NCBI GenBank assembly: GCA_963976765.1
Contig: CAXBME010000027.1
Location: forward strand, 1 to 64,000
Direction: 5' to 3'
DNA length: 64,000 nt
Source: an uncultured Planctomycetaceae bacterium
Lineage (GTDB): Bacteria > Planctomycetota > Planctomycetia > Planctomycetales > Planctomycetaceae
Below, piece by piece: positions 27,801 to 36,879 of the stretch (within the stretch, counting starts at the first letter, position 1; the number at the start of each line of letters is the position of its first letter). Below the pieces are notes generated by a model. That model was not told the origin of the DNA, made no database searches, and saw nothing but the letters and a program-made list of their open reading frames with translations. The position numbers and the translations under genes are program-made.

Positions 27801-28486
27801 AGTGAAAAATCCTCGCCGGCCAGCGAGTTGTCTTTCACCTCGTCCCACGGTCGGCTCAGCGTCTGCTGCGCGGCAGTCTGAAAGCGATCCCACTCGCCAT
27901 CACGTTCGAGTTTCAATTCGTGGTCCGCGACGATCGGGTCTTTGCTGCAGTAGCCGAGCTTCTTCTGCACCTGCCGCACGACCGCCGAGTGAATCTGCTC
28001 GTTGTCCCGCGCGAAGCCGCCGACATCGAAGACGACGGAAAACGGGTCGCTGACTTTCTGCCGCAGATTCTTCCATGCGGTCCGCAGCTCTTCGGCCAGC
28101 GGCGACGTGTCGCGTTTCAACCACGCGTCCGCCATGGAACCACCGGTCGGCAGAGCCACACCATCCAGTGCCAGCCCGAGCAGCTTGGCGAAGCTGGATT
28201 TCCCCGAGCCATAAAACCCGGAAATCCAGGCGTTCGGCAGGTCCGGTCCACCTTTCCGGCCGAGTTCGCTGGTGATGCCATTCAGCAGCCGGACGTACTG
28301 CTCGTGAATGCCGTCCGGAACACGCTTGTGCCCAGGGTGAGCCTCAGGAAACCCGCCGGTGATGATGTACTCACCGACTTCGCCGGCGAGCTTGTCGGGG
28401 CTCTGTTCGTGGAAATAGACGACAGGCGGGATGTCCCGCGTCACGTCCGACTGGAACAGGCTCTTGATGGGTTGGGTTTCGGTCAT
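24857..28486 (-). CDS. brxC: BREX P-loop ATPase BrxC
   Basis: WISGFYGSGKS, IDEVSQY, EVYPMLP; 1209 aa upstream of pglX. Confidence 0.9.
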   Translation of the reverse strand: MTETQPIKSLFQSDVTRDIPPVVYFHEQSPDKLAGEVGEYIITGGFPEAHPGHKRVPDGIHEQYVRLLNGITSELGRKGGPDLPNAWISGFYGSGKSSFAKLLGLALDGVALPTGGSMADAWLKRDTSPLAEELRTAWKNLRQKVSDPFSVVFDVGGFARDNEQIHSAVVRQVQKKLGYCSKDPIVADHELKLERDGEWDRFQTAAQQTLSRPWDEVKDNSLAGEDFSLVLSTMFPDHYPDPMAWYTSRAGTYQASAAPRDAVHAIRDMMSLRRAGSTLFIVIDEVSQYVVASKDRVDRLRAFASELGSELKGDAWLLALGQQKIDQEMDDSWLSWAKDRFPPKLRVHLAPTNIRDVVHKRLLQKTKAGETLLRGLFDQHRPDLKLFAYGCENVSADEFVEVYPMLPGQIDLLLQITTALRTRSARAQGDDQAIRGLLQLLGELFRSQKLADDPVGHLVTLDRIYEVQHTALDSDVQQSMARIIHECAGDTSNLRVRAAKAVALLELIQDTQATDAKLVSQCLFDRIDRGNQTAAVTEALESLRRDNLLAFSEKEGYRIQSTAGEEWERDRRDVGVGRESISSTIQDVLKLLMGDLDRPKFQGRHFPWSAKYSDGRRADDDTIADPRDAASVQIDFRFVPTSEQAESNWIKHSDESALRDRIVWVCGDTDEMEQIARQLLQSSRMIEKYEPRKESLNSARKVLLTQEINRKEELQSQIRQVVAGAWLKGRPYFRSKPYSPSDLGASFSTVLQAAATRVLPDLFPSFEPTPIQPSEVLQLIEPELSAPSPKFIDPLGILELDGGRYVPSCHGVVPQRILESIRTEGGISGTGLLKAFEGPPYGYTTELVRACVAGLLRGGQIRIQPEGGPEITATRDAGVRDLFDKDRPFRRATIFPAGDDDIGKKNINRICRFFAETLHHEMDREPVAIADAVAQHFVPQAEKLRKVFARLDSLPGERKSPQELDRLTDALEGCVKSCRQTKPTVLMVKKHLDALSDGLKMLNLFDAELTDDAIRAVKDAANIQLHQITQLCDTGVLAKDDPTVELIRSHLASDRPWQDIGGLDADLDKVRETYIAERQRLLSWQETLADEARSRLRSRDGFSTLTAEQSHRVLRPISQAPTDTTPDAIAPALSALKDTFEIQLQRAEDEAGDLLDEIRSEVEPVPIRKVPLNIHNREVQTEADVDALVGEIRERLMEYVKAGERVRLV

Positions 28487-28527
28487 GGATGCAGACTCAA
28501 TGTGGCAGACAATACTCAGTAGTCACT

Positions 28528-29172
28528 CTATGGATAGATTCGGGGTCGGTAGTCGGCATCCGGGTTCAACATGCCCATGAACGACAGGCCCTTGTCGCCG
28601 TGTCGCTCTCCGGGATAGAGCAGGACCGCAGGGACGTTCATCGTGCGACCGTCCAGGTGCTTCAACAGCGATGACGATCGGAAGAACGGATACAGCGCAC
28701 CCGCACGACCGATCAGAGCCACCGTCCGGTCCAGTTGATCCGGATGCTGTTCGGCGTGCTCGCAAATGATGCGGCTGCAGTCGGCGGCGATTCCGTCCGG
28801 ACCTTCGATCAGCGGTGCCACTCGATCCCTGAGGTAGTTCAGACCACGCTCCGCCCCGACAGTGTGCATCCTCTTTTCCATCTCGATGACGCGCTGCACC
28901 CACTCGTCACCTTCCGCACGGATGCGATCCAGCAGCAGTTTCTGCAGGCTGATCGACAGCACCATCCACCCGTTCCCGACAAGGTCGCTGGTCAGCCGCT
29001 GAACTTCGGTTCGCAGTTTGAACTCGTCCGCCGGCGGGTACTGCAGAATCGCAAAGCGGTAGTTCCGCATCGTGCTGATGCGCGGACCGTCGTCGTGGAT
29101 CAGGTCGCGTCGTAAGGCCTCGAAGGCTTCCTGAAGCTGCACCGACTGGCTGGCAAACAGACCCTGGCTCAT
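28528..29172 (-). CDS. brxB: BREX BrxB (DUF1788-like)
   Basis: YPPADEF, GALYPFFRSS, LLYPG, YRPRIY; position in operon. Confidence 0.8.
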   Translation of the reverse strand: MSQGLFASQSVQLQEAFEALRRDLIHDDGPRISTMRNYRFAILQYPPADEFKLRTEVQRLTSDLVGNGWMVLSISLQKLLLDRIRAEGDEWVQRVIEMEKRMHTVGAERGLNYLRDRVAPLIEGPDGIAADCSRIICEHAEQHPDQLDRTVALIGRAGALYPFFRSSSLLKHLDGRTMNVPAVLLYPGERHGDKGLSFMGMLNPDADYRPRIYP

Positions 29173-29957
29173 GCGACCTCCGCAGTCGTCGCAGGGTTGC
29201 GTGAGGCGACCGTGGCCGACGCCCAGGAAGCCAGATCAGCGAACTGCCAGTCGATGTCGAACAGATCGCCCTGTCGCTGGTAGCGAATGGCGGTCAACCC
29301 TCGCAGCGGGGATTCGAGGTCCCGGCCGACCAGCCCGACAGATTTCAGGTAGGGATTGTCGAGCAGCGTGCCGTCAAATTCGACTTCCCGCAGCAGGTAC
29401 AGCAGGTAGGTAAGCGCGTCGTCGGGAACGCTCGGAATCTGCATCGTTCTCGGATCACGAGTCCCCTTGAGAACTCCCGCTGACGATGCACAGGCCAGCA
29501 GGCGACTGGCAAACTTGATTCGCGTCGGCATCTTCCAGCGTTCGGCGGTCTGTTGTGAGACCCACGCCGTCACGGTGTCGCGTCGGACAGTGGCCAGTCC
29601 GGCGTTGAGCCGGTTGACGAGATACTCGCCCGTGAAGACTCGATACAGCGGATCAGCGAACTGCAGATGCCAGTGGCAGATGAGTCCCCTGGTCGACGGG
29701 CTCATTTCCTGCCAGCCGGAAAGGACAGGCATGGCAGCCGAAATCGCATCAAAGCGCTCCCGGAAGTTGGCGATGAGGACTTCGACACGCGGCAGACTGC
29801 GAGCACCAAACCAGCACTCCTCGAACGCACGTTGCACAGTCTCGGCGGGCTCGACGGTCGCCGCATGCTGCCAGTACGCCCGTGCGTGCTCGATCTCCAG
29901 CGGACACTTCAACAGCCGGGTATGGACCGTCGTCTGTTCAGAGGGTCGGTCACTCAT
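29169..29957 (-). CDS. brxA: BREX BrxA (DUF1819-like)
   Basis: Between brxE and brxB with ATGA overlaps on both sides; start moved to MSDRPS. Confidence 0.7.
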   Translation of the reverse strand: MSDRPSEQTTVHTRLLKCPLEIEHARAYWQHAATVEPAETVQRAFEECWFGARSLPRVEVLIANFRERFDAISAAMPVLSGWQEMSPSTRGLICHWHLQFADPLYRVFTGEYLVNRLNAGLATVRRDTVTAWVSQQTAERWKMPTRIKFASRLLACASSAGVLKGTRDPRTMQIPSVPDDALTYLLYLLREVEFDGTLLDNPYLKSVGLVGRDLESPLRGLTAIRYQRQGDLFDIDWQFADLASWASATVASRNPATTAEVA

Positions 29958-30556
29958 GACTCCCTCCGGTAATGCGGCAGCGGGTAGCTTTCCGTAAACG
30001 GGTGATGGGCGGCCACGAGATGGTCGACCAGTTCCTTCAGGACCGACGGCGGCGTCCCTCGCAGCCGAACGCCGATCGGGTCCTTCACGACGTTCGCAGA
30101 GCCGTGTGACATTACCCATTTTTTGAAGCTGTCACGGGACCAGTCGGTCGTCACGATCGACTTTAACTCCGGCAGAGCATCCAGTGGGGAGCCCCCCAGA
30201 CGCTTCAGGTCGGCGAGTCGCTCCTCAGTACGCTCATCGATCACGAATCCCAGCCGGTACAGCGACAGCAGTCGATCGGGATCGTGATTGTCTCCGCGAC
30301 ATTGTCGGTCAGTACGTCGAGCGGTCTCGCGCACCGCCTGCAGGGTCGCCCATTCATGAGACTTGGGCAGTAATCGCTGGAAGAGGTCCGCGCCTCCGTC
30401 GTCGCAGCAGAGTTCTGTTCGCCACCAGCCAAGACGCGGGTCATCCCCGCCTTCACCGGCCCACGCAATGGCAAACTGCGCGGTCAGCAGGTGGTCGAGA
30501 TCAGACGGGCCAATGCCGTCCACCAATGTTGAATTTGCTGCATCCAGTGCCGTCAT
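29954..30556 (-). CDS. brxE: BREX type 6 BrxE
   Basis: First gene of operon; AWAGE...PRLGWW motif; gene order matches type 6 BREX. Confidence 0.7.
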   Translation of the reverse strand: MTALDAANSTLVDGIGPSDLDHLLTAQFAIAWAGEGGDDPRLGWWRTELCCDDGGADLFQRLLPKSHEWATLQAVRETARRTDRQCRGDNHDPDRLLSLYRLGFVIDERTEERLADLKRLGGSPLDALPELKSIVTTDWSRDSFKKWVMSHGSANVVKDPIGVRLRGTPPSVLKELVDHLVAAHHPFTESYPLPHYRRES

Positions 30557-30905
30557 CAAGGACTCCGACTTCCCACGCCGCACAATGTGCCGCAGCCAGT
30601 TTCGCCGAGGCTCTGCGATTTAAAGCTGTGCCTCGTGGAACAGGATTTATCGCCATTTTTCGCTCGTCTGTTTGTTCGCGTATGTCTGTGGCTGATAGTA
30701 AACATCCGGCGTGTAATTCGCCACCAGGTACAGCCGTGCGGCGTCATACTCGCGGCACGCGAAGCCGCTGATTGCACCTCAGCTAAATTCTGACGCGAAA
30801 CGGGGCATAGTTAGTTGGGGAGACTGCCTAGTCATCCGGGACATGGTTTCCGTGATATTTCGCAGCCTCAGGCCAGTATTTGCACTCGATTCCGGGAGAC
30901 TTGTC

Positions 30906-31274
30906 TTGTCACACATTGTGGAGATCAAAACTGAAGTGCGCGACGCGGCTGGTGTTCGTGCCGCCTGCGATCGACTGCGGCTGGAGCCGCCCGTTGAGGG
31001 GAAGTCGAAGCTGTTCAGTCGCGAGGTGGAAGGACTGGCTGTACGGCTGCAGGACTGGCGATATCCGGTGGTTTTCCAGACGGCCACGGGTGAGGCTCAG
31101 TACGACAACTACGGCGGCAGGTGGGGTGATCAGTCGCGGCTGGATCAGTTTCTGCAGGCTTATGCCGTTGAGCAGACGAAGATCGAGGCTCGGCGAAAGG
31201 GTCATTCAGTGTCTGAGCAGAGTCTCGCTGACGGTGCCATCAAGCTGACCGTGCAGGTGGGAGGTGCCGTATGA
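30906..31274 (+). CDS. DUF1257 (Ycf35-like) protein
   Basis: TTG start after GGAG: SHIVEIKT...YDNYGGRWG...GAIKLTV. Confidence 0.75.
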   Translation: MSHIVEIKTEVRDAAGVRAACDRLRLEPPVEGKSKLFSREVEGLAVRLQDWRYPVVFQTATGEAQYDNYGGRWGDQSRLDQFLQAYAVEQTKIEARRKGHSVSEQSLADGAIKLTVQVGGAV

Positions 31275-31477
31275 CGGGAACCTCATCGAAGACCATCGAA
31301 ATCATCGTGAAGCCGGATGGCTCGACGTCGCTGGAGACGAAGGGCTTTGTCGGCAGCGAATGTCGGGCGGCCAGTGAATTCATTGAGAAGGCACTTGGCT
31401 CACGAGCCTCTGAGCAGTTGACGTCGGAGTTCCACCAGAGCGTGGCCGGCACTCAGCAGACCACGCAACAGCGGTAG
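31271..31477 (+). CDS. DUF2997 protein
   Basis: IEIIVKPDG...GFVGSEC...IEKALG; overlaps the DUF1257 stop. Confidence 0.8.
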   Translation: MTGTSSKTIEIIVKPDGSTSLETKGFVGSECRAASEFIEKALGSRASEQLTSEFHQSVAGTQQTTQQR

Positions 31478-31484
31478 CCGAGCC

Positions 31485-31688
31485 ATGCCGGAATACCGCG
31501 TTCACCTCACACGGACCATTCGCGTCCACAAAGTTGTTTACGTCGTCGCTGATGACGAACACCAGGCCCGTCGTGCTGCACTGCGTGGCGATGACGGCTC
31601 TGACTACTGCGATGAATCGGCAGGCCGACGCCGCGTTATGAGAGTCGATGTGATGGCTCCTGCCGAATCGCCCGCTGCGGACGTGTGA
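31485..31688 (+). CDS. Small hypothetical protein
   Basis: Co-oriented ORF filling the operon gap. Confidence 0.5.
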   Translation: MPEYRVHLTRTIRVHKVVYVVADDEHQARRAALRGDDGSDYCDESAGRRRVMRVDVMAPAESPAADV

Positions 31689-31771
31689 ACTGCAGTCAAC
31701 TCGCTCATGACTGGCTCGTTTGAGCGAGCCTTCTACTTACCCATCAGAACTCCAACCATTGGGAGACTTGT

Positions 31772-33265
31772 ATGACGCTCAGAGAGCGCCTTGCGGAGTA
31801 CGTGCGCGCGTGCTTCACCGGACTGTGGATTGAATCTCACGAACATGAAGACGCGCTGCGGGAGATGGCTCAGCTTTGTAGTGAGCACGAGTGGCAGCTT
31901 GTGACCTGGAACATCGAATCCGGACTGGCGGCAGGTGGCGAGCCGGGGGATGCCGAGTCATCGGCGTCTGACCCACTGGCTGCCATCAGGACGTTGCGTT
32001 CGGTAAGTGGTGACTCGGCCACGTTGCTGGTGCTGTCGAACTTTCACCGGTTCCTCAACAGCGCCGAGATCGTGCAGGCTCTGGCCGAGCAGCTTGTCGC
32101 CGGCAAGCAGACAAGGACGTTCATCGTCGTGCTGTCACCGGTCGTCAGCATTCCGGTGGAGCTGGAAAAGCTGTTCGTGGTAGTCGAGCACCAGTTGCCC
32201 GATCGCGAACAGTTGCACGACATCGCGAACGGCATCACCGCTGAAGAAGGCGAGCTGCCCACGGGTGCCGAGCTCGACACCGTGCTGGATGCGGCTTGCG
32301 GGCTGACTCGGTACGAAGCTGAGAACGCCTTCAGTCTGTCGCTGGTCAGACACAACCGCATCACCAGCGAGTCGGTATGGGAGCTGAAGTCGGGGATGCT
32401 CAAGAAATCCGGGCTGCTGGAGCTGCATCGCGGGCAGGACGACTTCGAGACGCTCGGCGGACTCAACTCGCTGAAGTCGTTCTGTAAGCGATCCCTGTTG
32501 CAGCCGGGTCGTGGAAATCCACTCAAGCGTCCTCGTGGCGTGCTGTTGCTGGGAGTTCCCGGCACCGGCAAGTCGGCGTTTGCCAAAGCGCTGGGACGGG
32601 AGACCGGGCGACCCACGCTGATCCTCGACGTGGGCGCGCTGATGGGTTCTCTCGTGGGTCAGACGGAAACCAACATCCGACAGGCTCTGCGGATTGCCGA
32701 TGCGATGGCTCCGTGCATCCTGTTTGTGGATGAGATCGAGAAGGCACTCAGCGGCGTGGCCAGTTCCGGCCAGACCGATTCTGGTGTGTCGGCTCGGCTG
32801 TTTTCATCACTGCTGACGTGGCTCAACGATCACACGAGCGACGTCTACTTCATCGCCACCAGCAACGACATCTCCAAACTGCCGCCGGAGTTCTCCAGAT
32901 CGGAACGCTTCGACGGCATCTTCTTTCTCGACCTGCCCACGGGTGCCGAGAAGGCGGCCATCTGGCAGCTCTACATCCAGCAGTTCGAGCTGGACAGCGA
33001 CCAGCCACTGCCACCCGACGACAAATGGACGGGAGCAGAGATTCGCTCGTGCTGCCGTCTGGCGGCGCTGCTCGATATCCCACTGACGCAGGCGGCATGC
33101 AACATCGTCCCCGTGGCCGTCACGGCGGCGGAGTCGGTGGATCGACTGAGGCACTGGTCCAACGGCCGCTGTCTGTCGGCTCACGAAGCCGGAATCTACT
33201 CCTGCGAGCCGTCTCGCAAGACAGGACATCGCCGATCGGTGACACGCCGCGATTCCCTCAACTGA
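31772..33265 (+). CDS. AAA+ ATPase (Ycf46-like)
   Basis: GVPGTGKS, FVDEIEK, ATSND, LPPEF.R..RFD. Confidence 0.9.
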   Translation: MTLRERLAEYVRACFTGLWIESHEHEDALREMAQLCSEHEWQLVTWNIESGLAAGGEPGDAESSASDPLAAIRTLRSVSGDSATLLVLSNFHRFLNSAEIVQALAEQLVAGKQTRTFIVVLSPVVSIPVELEKLFVVVEHQLPDREQLHDIANGITAEEGELPTGAELDTVLDAACGLTRYEAENAFSLSLVRHNRITSESVWELKSGMLKKSGLLELHRGQDDFETLGGLNSLKSFCKRSLLQPGRGNPLKRPRGVLLLGVPGTGKSAFAKALGRETGRPTLILDVGALMGSLVGQTETNIRQALRIADAMAPCILFVDEIEKALSGVASSGQTDSGVSARLFSSLLTWLNDHTSDVYFIATSNDISKLPPEFSRSERFDGIFFLDLPTGAEKAAIWQLYIQQFELDSDQPLPPDDKWTGAEIRSCCRLAALLDIPLTQAACNIVPVAVTAAESVDRLRHWSNGRCLSAHEAGIYSCEPSRKTGHRRSVTRRDSLN

Positions 33266-33321
33266 CTGTTGCTTTCTTCCGGAAGCAATGACATCCCACT
33301 CTTCCACGATTCAGGAGCAAT

Positions 33322-34272
33322 TTGCCCATGACCACACTTCTCGACGTACCCGTAACGGAACTCGGGGCAGACGCTGCGCATCAGATGCGCACCACGATGA
33401 CAGCTGCCAGACTCAGCTTCACCTGGTTTGGTGTCCGCAAGAGTCTTACCCGCAAGCAGAAGGAGCAAGCGGCTGACTCATTCGGAGCGGAAGGCGAGTT
33501 TCTGTCGGCTGGCAAGAAGCTGATCGATACCCAGCATCCGAAGTTCCGGGCCGTTACGGCGGTCCGGTCCCGCACGATGAACTACTGGAAGGGACTCAGT
33601 TTGCCGTATCCCGAAACCGGCATCCGGCTCATCAAGCAGGACGCCATCGACGAGTTCGCCCGCCACATGGGCGGGTTGCGACTGGAGCTGGAAGAGGCCG
33701 TCGTTCAGCTCGACGAACACTACGACGACCTGACGCGAGCGGCTCGTCGTCGGCTGGGAAGTCTCTACTCAGCATCTGACTACCCGGCCTCGCTGCAGGG
33801 GCTGTTTTCGGTGGACTGGGATTTCCCATCGGTCGAGCCACCGGAGTATCTGCGACGGCTCAACCCGGAGCTGTACGAGCAGGAGTGTGAACGGGTGCGG
33901 AGCCGCTTCGACGAAGCCGTACGGCTCGCTGAGGCGGCCTTCACCGACGAGTTCGCCCAACTGGTCTCCCATCTGTGCGAACGCCTCAACGGCGAACCTG
34001 GAAGCCGACAGAAAGTCTTCCGCAACTCGGCGGTCGACAACCTCCGTAATTTCTTCGAGCGGTTCCGGTCGCTCAACGTCGGGACCAATGCCGAGCTGGA
34101 TCGACTGGTTGATCAAGCTCAGCAGGTTGTCAGTGGTGTGCGGCCTCAGAGCCTGCGGGATAACGCGGAGTTGCGGCAGAGCGTCGCAACCAACCTGTCC
34201 GGCGTGCAGTCCGTGCTGGATGGCCTGCTGGTGGATCGGCCCCGTCGCAACATCATTCGTAAGCCTCGCTGA
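33322..34272 (+). CDS. Helical mobile-element protein (possibly DUF3150-like)
   Basis: Good RBS, long ORF after AAA ATPase; family call uncertain. Confidence 0.65.
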   Translation: MPMTTLLDVPVTELGADAAHQMRTTMTAARLSFTWFGVRKSLTRKQKEQAADSFGAEGEFLSAGKKLIDTQHPKFRAVTAVRSRTMNYWKGLSLPYPETGIRLIKQDAIDEFARHMGGLRLELEEAVVQLDEHYDDLTRAARRRLGSLYSASDYPASLQGLFSVDWDFPSVEPPEYLRRLNPELYEQECERVRSRFDEAVRLAEAAFTDEFAQLVSHLCERLNGEPGSRQKVFRNSAVDNLRNFFERFRSLNVGTNAELDRLVDQAQQVVSGVRPQSLRDNAELRQSVATNLSGVQSVLDGLLVDRPRRNIIRKPR

Positions 34273-34283
34273 CGGAGCCCGCC

Positions 34284-34538
34284 ATGCAGCTTGTTATTGG
34301 TACCGACGGTTCCGCACGGTGCCTCTATGGTGAAGACATCGACCTTGGGGCTCTTGGAACTCTCACCATCTCGCGAGCCTCCCACGTGGAGCCGGGGAAT
34401 TCCGGTCAGTGGTTCGCATCAATCATCGACGGGCCGGTGCTTGGCCCCTTTGTGCGGCGCAGCGACGCACTGCAGGCGGAAGCCGACTGGCTGAACTCCC
34501 ACCGCCTCGCTTCAACGCCTGACTGCAACGCGCGCTGA
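34284..34538 (+). CDS. Small hypothetical protein
   Basis: GGAG RBS; operon context; RASHVEP, GPVLGPF. Confidence 0.7.
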   Translation: MQLVIGTDGSARCLYGEDIDLGALGTLTISRASHVEPGNSGQWFASIIDGPVLGPFVRRSDALQAEADWLNSHRLASTPDCNAR

Positions 34539-34658
34539 ATTCCTCGGCGACCAACTCGCCGAACTGCTTCGCCCCTTTGCGGGCGGTTGTGCCTTATCAC
34601 GACCGCCTCGGTGCTCGGGGCGGTCGCTTCTTTTCCTGATATCTCGAAGGACGAAGCG

Positions 34659-34856
34659 ATGACCCAGAATGAACTCAACCGAGCTGTAGCCTGCGCCACG
34701 GGCGAAACCGTCAGCGAAATCTCATCCCGTGGTTTCAGCCCGCTGCCGGACGACCCGCACGACAGCGGTCTTGAACCCATCGACTGGGACTGGCTGGACC
34801 AGTCCCGCAGCGTGGCCGTCCTGCCGTCTCGGAATCTCTCCCACGTGCCCCGGTGA
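34659..34856 (+). CDS. Small hypothetical protein
   Basis: AAGGA RBS then MTQNELNRAVACATGE. Confidence 0.6.
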   Translation: MTQNELNRAVACATGETVSEISSRGFSPLPDDPHDSGLEPIDWDWLDQSRSVAVLPSRNLSHVPR

Positions 34857-34907
34857 TGACTGACGCCACCTCGTCTCCGATCTTTTCCTCAACACAAGGA
34901 GAGCTGC

Positions 34908-36311
34908 TTGATTCCCATCACGCGAAAACTTGTCAAGACCCTGCGCAGTGTGTTTCGCGCTGCGCTGGGTCTGACGGCCCAGTCGAACGGAACGCCGCTG
35001 CATGTGAAGACCGGGCCAGACGGTCTGGTAATCTCGGCGGCCATGTTCGGGCTGGGTATTCGATACCACCTCGACGGCTCATTCTCGGAACACGAATTCT
35101 GGTTGCCCTTCGAGTTCCTCAAGGAAACCGAAGGCAACCGCAACGATGCCGTCCTGCTCGATCCCACGTCCGACGGTATCGTCATTCAATGGGTCGTTGA
35201 CAGCGTGCCGCAGACAAGAACTTTTCACGTCCAGGATGCTCCCGACGCGATCACGCTTCCGGAAGTCGACTTCACCGACAACCCACCGGAACTGCTCGTC
35301 GCGTTGGCCGAAGCGGCTCGGACGTGCGACCACAGCTCGACGCGATACGCGTTGAGCTGCATCCAGCTGCGTGGCGAAGCAGGTGAAGTCGTGGCGACGG
35401 ACAGCCATCAACTGCTCGTCGAAGGCGGCTTCAGCTTTCCGTGGGACGACAATGTGTTGATCCCCGGCGGCAAGCTGCTCACTCACCGTGAATTCCGGAC
35501 TGATCAAGAGGTCGGGATCGGCAGAGCCGAAGACGTCGTCGTGCTGAAGGCCGGCCCGTGGACGGCGTGGATGTCGATCGATAAGGAGCGTCGGTTTCCC
35601 GAGATCGACCAGGTTATCCCCAACGTCGATGCCGCGATCGCCACGGTCAGCATCCCGAAGAACGACGGCGACTTTCTGGCCCGAGTCGTCAAACAACTGC
35701 CTGCCAACGACGAGCATCACTCACCAGTCACCGTCGACCTCAACGGCAGCATAGCGGTCCGTGCTCGAACCGATTGCGCGAAGGTTCCAACAGAACTGGT
35801 CCTGACACGCTCCAGCCGGACGGGCGATCCCGTCCGGTTCAGTACCAACCGCAAGCTGCTGGCTCGGGCCATGCAGCTTGGCTTTGACGGGCTGCACATC
35901 TTCGGGCCGGACAGTCCGGTCCTGTGCATGCAGGCCAACCGGAAGTTCGTCTGGATGCTGCTCGATAAAGACGGAGCCATCAAGCCGTCGAAAGAGGCGA
36001 TCCGCATCGAGTCCGCTGCGACGACGGCACCAACAAACAAAACCTCAGCAAACACAATCCCAACTGCCGCAAGGAATCCAACACCCATGAAGCCCACGAA
36101 CTCAAGTCGAAACACCGCATCCGCGAAGGCCACACAGCCCGACAACTCCCCGTCGCTCATCGACCGTGCTGAGTCGTTGCGAGACTCCCTCCACGCGGCG
36201 CTGGCCGATACGAGGAACCTGATCACGACACTCAAGCAACAGCAGAAGGCGTCGAGGTCTGTGCAGTCGGCACTGAAATCGCTGCGGCAGCTCGAAACCC
36301 TCGAAGTCTGA
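34908..36311 (+). CDS. DNA polymerase III beta-clamp-like protein with C-terminal coiled coil
   Basis: DnaN-like motifs STRYALSCI, VATDSHQL, VLIP, RFPEIDQVIP. Confidence 0.7.
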   Translation: MIPITRKLVKTLRSVFRAALGLTAQSNGTPLHVKTGPDGLVISAAMFGLGIRYHLDGSFSEHEFWLPFEFLKETEGNRNDAVLLDPTSDGIVIQWVVDSVPQTRTFHVQDAPDAITLPEVDFTDNPPELLVALAEAARTCDHSSTRYALSCIQLRGEAGEVVATDSHQLLVEGGFSFPWDDNVLIPGGKLLTHREFRTDQEVGIGRAEDVVVLKAGPWTAWMSIDKERRFPEIDQVIPNVDAAIATVSIPKNDGDFLARVVKQLPANDEHHSPVTVDLNGSIAVRARTDCAKVPTELVLTRSSRTGDPVRFSTNRKLLARAMQLGFDGLHIFGPDSPVLCMQANRKFVWMLLDKDGAIKPSKEAIRIESAATTAPTNKTSANTIPTAARNPTPMKPTNSSRNTASAKATQPDNSPSLIDRAESLRDSLHAALADTRNLITTLKQQQKASRSVQSALKSLRQLETLEV

Positions 36312-36369
36312 CAAGCCGTGACGACCGCTGCCCCTTGTCCCATTACCAATCCCAAGTAGGAGGAATCTC

Positions 36370-36879
36370 ATGCCCATGAAACTGAACGTGGGACTCAGCC
36401 GGAAAGTCGGCGAGCCCAACTACGGGTCACGCGGTGCCAGCGTGAACCTGGAACTCGAACTCGACAACTCGCTGGTCGAGCAACCGGAGCGTCTACGCGA
36501 CCGCATCCGGCAACTCTATCAGCTCGCGAAGGCGTCTGTTGATGAAGAACTGAACGGCACCAGTCAACAGCCCGCCGTGAACAACAACAATGGCGACCAC
36601 AACAACGGCCACGGTGGCGGGCTCGAGCAGTACCGTGTAACCAATCACAGCAGCGGCGGCGGCAACGGCCAGCGCCAAGCCGCCAACGGCCAGAGCCCAC
36701 GGCAGGCAACCAGTTCTCAGGTCAAGGCAATCCATGCCATCGCCGGTCGCAACCGCATCGATGTGGGGAGGCTGGTGCAGGATCGTTTCAATGTGCCGCG
36801 TCCCGACGACCTGTCGATTTCCGACGCCAGCACGCTGATCGACGAGCTCAAGTCGGCACAGGCCGGAGTGTCACGATGA
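36370..36879 (+). CDS. Hypothetical protein with Asn/Gly-rich linker
   Basis: Strong AGGAGG RBS; C-terminal ATSSQV...DASTLIDELK. Confidence 0.7.
   Translation: MPMKLNVGLSRKVGEPNYGSRGASVNLELELDNSLVEQPERLRDRIRQLYQLAKASVDEELNGTSQQPAVNNNNGDHNNGHGGGLEQYRVTNHSSGGGNGQRQAANGQSPRQATSSQVKAIHAIAGRNRIDVGRLVQDRFNVPRPDDLSISDASTLIDELKSAQAGVSR

Noticed and set aside
8897..28522. Long plus-strand ORFs antisense to BREX genes (e.g. 339, 345, 336, 401 aa)
   Set aside because: Shadow frames typical of high-GC coding DNA; no motifs.
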